Below are positions 57,451 to 64,000 of a stretch of 64,000 nt of DNA, one piece after another; position 1 is the first letter of the stretch, and the number at the start of each line of letters is the position of its first letter. Source of the stretch: Eledone cirrhosa (lineage: Eukaryota). The translations under genes were made by a program, and so were the position numbers. Below the pieces are notes generated by a model. That model worked only from the letters and a program-made list of their open reading frames with translations. It was not told where the DNA came from and made no database searches. The stretch is from NCBI GenBank assembly GCA_964016885.1, contig OZ024743.1, positions 149,916,001 to 149,980,000 of the forward strand. Direction: 5' to 3'.

Positions 57451-59816
57451 GCATCATTATTATCATTATCATTATTATTATTATTGTTATTGTTGTTTTT
57501 GATGGGCCAGTGAATTTTGGAATATCAAATTCATGCCAAAGAGTGAGAAAAAGAAAAAAAGATCCTAATCCTTCTTTTTATTTACTCTTTAGTTAGTGAG
57601 TAAAGAGCAGTGTTTATGACTTTTTGTGCTTCTGGAGGTGCTGGTCCAAATGCTTGCAGCCATGTGAACTCTGCCAAGAAGCATTTGGTGCTTTGCCACC
57701 AAGCTGATAGGTAAAGTCTTAGCTACCACTCATGTCGACTATAGATGGATTTGAACTCAGAATTTAAAAAGCTGGTCTCTTCTCCAACACTAACAATTTC
57801 CCCAATCAACTATCCCAGGATGGTACTTCATTTTATTGACCCTGAACAATGAAAAGCAAAGTTGACCTTCTCAAGATTTTAACTCAGAGTACAGATTGTT
57901 ATATATGAGTCAAGAGAAGTAATAAATGTTATGGATAATGACATGAAAATTGTAAAGACCAGAGACTATTTCAGATTTATCAGCTGTTAAAAGTCAAATT
58001 ATTTTATGCAGTCAATTTTTTGTGTACAAGTGTATGTATGGGGGAGGGGGGGCAGTTCCAACTGCCTAATTGCTCTGCTTAACCTTCTCAGTTGTTGCAT
58101 TCACTAACAATAATTAAGCAAACAAATTCTTAGTAATAGAAATGTAATGCTTTCTATCCTCCTCTTCTTTTTAGTTTAAAAAAAAAAGAAGTTGTGTAGG
58201 AAGTGGTAGAAGAAAATGTCTACTACAACTGGAAAATGAAATCTAATTTGCAATTCAGTAATCGATCACTGAATTTTTCTTTACTCCTACTTTGTAGATT
58301 AGGAAAGGCTGAAGTTTCTCTTGGGGCTCTCTCCTCTTTTCACATATACTATCCTTTCTCTTTATTTGCTGCTAGCGCCATCTACATAGCAACTTCTGCA
58401 ATATAATGCAGGCTGTCTTATTTATTTATTTATTCATTTATTTATGTACTTATTTATTTTAATTTTGTTTTTCCTTCCTACATTTTTTTTTTTCATATTT
58501 CAAAATAATTTCCATGTTTTAAAAATTATATTTGATGGACCTCTATAGTGTTTCTTTACATCTCATGTCCATTGCTATATGTAGGATACAGTAACACTTG
58601 TCTTATGGAAGGAAATAAAAATAAAAATAGAAATAATTAAAATAATGAGGAAACGAAACAAAGGATGTTTAAAGAATTTCCCATATCCAAGAATAGTCTT
58701 TTAGCTCTTGAAATATATTTTCAAAAATTCCATATACATGACTGTTTAAAATATCCGTTTGACACAAATTCAGCCTATCTTGGCAGAAAAGGGAAAGAAG
58801 CAAAAAGAAAATTGAAGCAATGTCTTTACAAAATATTTATTATTTTTGTTTAATTTTTTAATGTATGTAAGTAAATGCTTGTTTTTATTTTACCCCTATG
58901 CTCTCTCCCACTCTTTCTATTTGTGTGTGTATGTAGGGATATGTGTGTAGGGATATTTGTGTGTGAGTATTGAATATGTGTGTAAGTGTATAAAAATGTC
59001 CAGAACTTATTGTTTAACCCCAGATTAGCATGATCAAGTTGATCTATAATCAAAGGTATTCCAGGCGGGATCAGATTGTTATTTTCCCCAGGTATAGTAT
59101 CTTTAAGATGGCATTAACCAAAGAGACCTACCATGTTATAAGACTGTAGGATGGCGTATGGGATAAATTTGGCTATTGTTTCTAGCAGGGTGAGTAACTA
59201 CATTAAAACACCTCTGCGTGGCGAGCTAGTATATGTTTGATCATCCTGTGCCATGGTTAAAATTATTCCAACCATAATTCAATTCCTTCTACTCGGGATA
59301 GTAAGCGATTGCCGGATGGGCCCCAAATAATTTTTTGGTTACCATAAGTAATAAACAAGGGCCGGGTGAAATTTTCAGCTGGGGCCTAATATGCAAGCTT
59401 AATCTGCCTCTGACCTGAAATATGGTATATCTAGGATAACATTATTCAATACAGCCTTCCTTTTAAAATTATTTTTTTTAGGCAGAAAGGTGTGATTTGA
59501 GAAATGTTTGACTGCTATTTCTAGCAGGTTAGGGCACTACTTAATGGTTCATCCATTGGATAATATAAGTTTAAGTGTACACCCAGAGATTCAGTGGGAT
59601 AGCAAGTTGGTGGGTAAGAGAGTCACCTGAGTAATTTGAAGTGTAACCAACATAAAGTAAAAAATTATTTTTATAAATATAATAGTTATTGACGGTAATA
59701 AGAACAATGTGTGCATCTATACACAGGAACTCTCTGTCTCTCTTTCGATTTATCTATCTCTCCCTCACACACACATTATTCATCGATATTCTTAAAAAAT
59801 ATGTATATTTATATAT

Positions 59817-60255
59817 ATATTATTCAAAAATATTAATAAATGAAGACATTCACATAATCAAAATATATGTTTTATTATATATATTTCGAAGGTACTGTGC
59901 TGTTTTTTCAGTACGTCCTCGTCAGATAAAATTCATGATTTGATGTATGCCATACCTCAACGGTCTTGGTGGTTCAATTCCAGTATTGACTGCCAATACT
60001 GGAACTGAACCATCAAGACCGTTGAGGTATGTCATATATTAATTCATGTATTTTATCTGACGAGGACGTACTGTAAAAACAGCACAGTACCTTCGAAATA
60101 TATATAATAAGACATATTTTGATTATGTGAATGTCTTCATTTATTAATATTTTGAATAATATTAATAACTCCAGAAAACTTCACTGTAGAGTGCTTATAA
60201 TCTATTGTAAAACTATATTCATTGAGTAATCAATGAACCATATTAATCTTTGGTT
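59817..60255. mobile_element. Fold-back hammerhead element 5: arms about 59817-59988 and 59994-60162, tail 60163-60255
   Basis: ~170-bp inverted arms with several mismatches, 5-nt loop, TA-rich flanks; tail on the right. Confidence 0.85.
60051..60112 (+). ncRNA. Type-I hammerhead ribozyme motif (mirror copy on minus strand at 59870-59931); predicted cleavage after 60106
   Basis: ttttat CTGACGA gga c gtactgt aaaaacagc acagtac c ttc GAAA tatata TA ataaga. Confidence 0.82.
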
Positions 60256-60788
60256 ATATATATGTGTGTGTATATATATATATGTGTGTGTGTGTATATA
60301 TATATGTGTGTGTGTGTATATATATATATATATGTGTGTGTGTATATATATATGTGTGTGTGTATATATATATGTGTGTGTATATATATATATATATGTG
60401 TGTGTATATATATATATGTGTGTGTATATATATATATATATATATACCTTTACACACACATATATATATATACATCTTTATATATAAATATATATTTATA
60501 AACATATTTTAAAATATATGTATGTAAATATATGCATATACTTATATATATGCACACACACACACACATATATATATATGTATGTGTGTGTGTGCATATA
60601 TATATGTGTGTGTGTGTGTGCATATATATAAGTATATGCATATATATGTATCATCATCATCATCAGCATTTATATATAAATTTATGTATAAATATGTATA
60701 TACTTATGTATAAGTATATATATATATACATGTGTGTGTGTGTATATATATACATACTCATACACACATATATATATACATATATATG

Positions 60789-60864
<76 letters not shown>

Positions 60865-60952
60865 AAGAAAGAAGGGTAACATATATATATATATATATAT
60901 ATAAACTTATATATTTATATATATATATACATACATTTATATATATATACAC

Positions 60953-60994
<42 letters not shown>

Positions 60995-61367
60995 ATATAT
61001 GTATATATATATGTATGTATATATATATATGTATATATATATATGCATATATATTTATATACATATATTTATACATATATATGTATACATATGCATATAT
61101 TTATATATATATATAAATATATGCATATGTATACATATATATATACACATATATATATGTATATATATATGTATGTATATATATATATGTATATATATAT
61201 ATGCATATATATTTATATACATATATTTATACATATATATGTATACATATGCATATATTTATATATATATATAAATATATGTATACATATATATATATAT
61301 ATGCATATGTATACATATATATATATATCTATATATATATATACATATATATATATCTATATATATA

Positions 61368-61414
<47 letters not shown>
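60256..61414. repeat. Compound (TA)n/(TG)n arrays
   Basis: Direct reading. Confidence 0.95.
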
Positions 61415-61417
<3 letters not shown>

Positions 61418-61810
61418 AGGTTTCAGCCATCATTGGCATTGGCCCAGGCCATATCTAACTTTATAACACCACATTGCATAGTCTTTCTGGTCAGGATTTT
61501 GACACCATGGCCCACGCAAATAGAGAGTTAATGTTTTTGGTGACATATCCATGAGAAGTGGGTTTCTCCGGAATTTCATGGAGAAATTGGTCCAAAGATA
61601 TTTTGAATTTTATTGGATCTTTTTCTGTTTTTCTGTTTTTTTGTGTTTTGGTATTAAAGAGAGTAGGACCAGTTAAGGTGAAATAATTGTGCCGTAATGT
61701 TGTGAGGTGTGAACTTGATTTTTGTTGTGTTGGGATAGCATGGGGCCCAAGCCTTCGGTGTATTTTGCAGTTGATGGTAACATGTAGATAATGTAGTGTT
61801 CATGGTGCTA
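61415..61810 (-). mobile_element. 3' end of a CR1-group LINE
   Basis: Minus translation HRRLGP...TLRHNYFTLTGPTLFN...IKFKISLDQFLHEIPEKP...NSLFAW then stop; matches the GPxLFN..FK..LD.FL..IPDxP..NSL terminus of invertebrate CR1-group elements. Confidence 0.75.
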
Positions 61811-61825
61811 ATAGTTATACATACA

Positions 61826-62620
<795 letters not shown>

Positions 62621-62988
62621 CTGTATGTACACATACATACCTGCAAGTGCATGCAAAATTTTTTTTTATCTGAAGCCAGCACGTAAAAATCAGTATTAAG
62701 ATGATGTGCATTTTTATATTTCTTTTGTGAAAATTAATTAATTTATTCAAATATTCTACTGAAAATAGAAATACATATATATGTGAACATTTTTAGTGAA
62801 CGCCTTTATTGAAAACTTCTTAATCATGCAGAGTATTGACATACATGTGCACATGTACTTCTTGTTATTAAACACTCATATATATATATATATGTGTGAT
62901 GGGTTGGGTGGAGGGGAGAGGTGTGTTTCTGTGTAAAGTTTGTGTGTGGATTTATATGTCCAAGTAAATTCATTTACTTATAACCATA

Positions 62989-63178
62989 GTTGTTTCTACT
63001 TTTGGCACAAGGCCAGCAATTAGCCCAGTGCATTACTGGTACTGTATTGTATCGACCCAGTAAGGATTGAAAGCAAAGTTAACCTCGGCGGGATTTGAAC
63101 TCAGAATGGCAAGGGCCGTAATTCTATGCGTGAAAAGCATGGCGTCCGACCCTCTACCGATACTGCCAATCCACCGCC
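62989..63178 (-). mobile_element. Meta-SINE
   Basis: Reverse complement of 51884-52110. Confidence 0.88.
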
Positions 63179-63315
63179 ATGACCATAATATTACTATACA
63201 CATAAATACATAATCACATATATACACATACATATATACAGTACATACTTGCACACACACACACACTTCACATATTTATTTATACGTATGTGTGCGTGCG
63301 TATATGTGTATGTAA

Positions 63316-63422
<107 letters not shown>

Positions 63423-63873
63423 CTGCTCGATAGTGAACTTTCTTTGATATTGAGTTTATACAGATAGTGTCTTGTAGTTGTTGTTTTGTCCCAGGTCAGC
63501 ATACGAGCTGACTTATGATCGAAAATATTCCAGCCGTGAACATCACTTCATTTTCCTATATACAAAAACCTATGTCCACATTATCAACGTTTGGCTTCTT
63601 CCTTTGTTTTTTGTTTTTTTCCGATGATGGTGTTGTGTGAATTGCGATAGATTTTGACTGCTCTATCACGCAGGTCAAACAACCACATAGAGAGTCCTCG
63701 TTTGACTCGTGTGTACATTTCTTTATATCTATTGGTAAATCAAACGCATACACACACACACGTGCTGAAACCGTGATCTCCAGTCGACAGCTAAGGAAGG
63801 GTGTGTCATGCGCCCCAGCATGACCACAGTCTAATTAATTACATTAGTAAAAGAATAAAAGTATGTATGTATG

Positions 63874-63922
<49 letters not shown>

Positions 63923-64000
63923 TCACACGTGTCCCCTCCCCCATTCATATATATATATACATACACATACACACACACACAGACATACGTACACACATTC

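Overview
AT-rich, gene-poor animal DNA. The repeat content (Meta/MESC-domain tRNA-SINEs, SINEs with RTE-derived tails, very large (TA)n arrays) points to an octopus genome; this is inferred from repeat recognition, not a database search. No intact host protein-coding gene is recognisable, and nearly all ORF-track entries are translations of microsatellites. The window holds decayed non-LTR retrotransposons (RTE x2, R4/Dong x2, L1-Tx1, CR1-group), three MITEs with target-site duplications, many SINEs and one plausible minus-strand exon. The standout is a set of five non-coding fold-back elements (3.5, 10.9, 18.6, 23.5 and 59.8 kb) with one shared architecture: (TA)n - ~90 bp unpaired tail - long inverted arms (about 105-175 bp) - (TA)n. 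Four of them carry type-I hammerhead ribozyme motifs in the arms, and further solo hammerhead motifs occur elsewhere. They look like microsatellite-associated, Penelope-like (PLE) non-autonomous hairpin retroelements. Several of the ribozymes share an unusual C-C mismatch in stem II and an AU-palindromic stem III.
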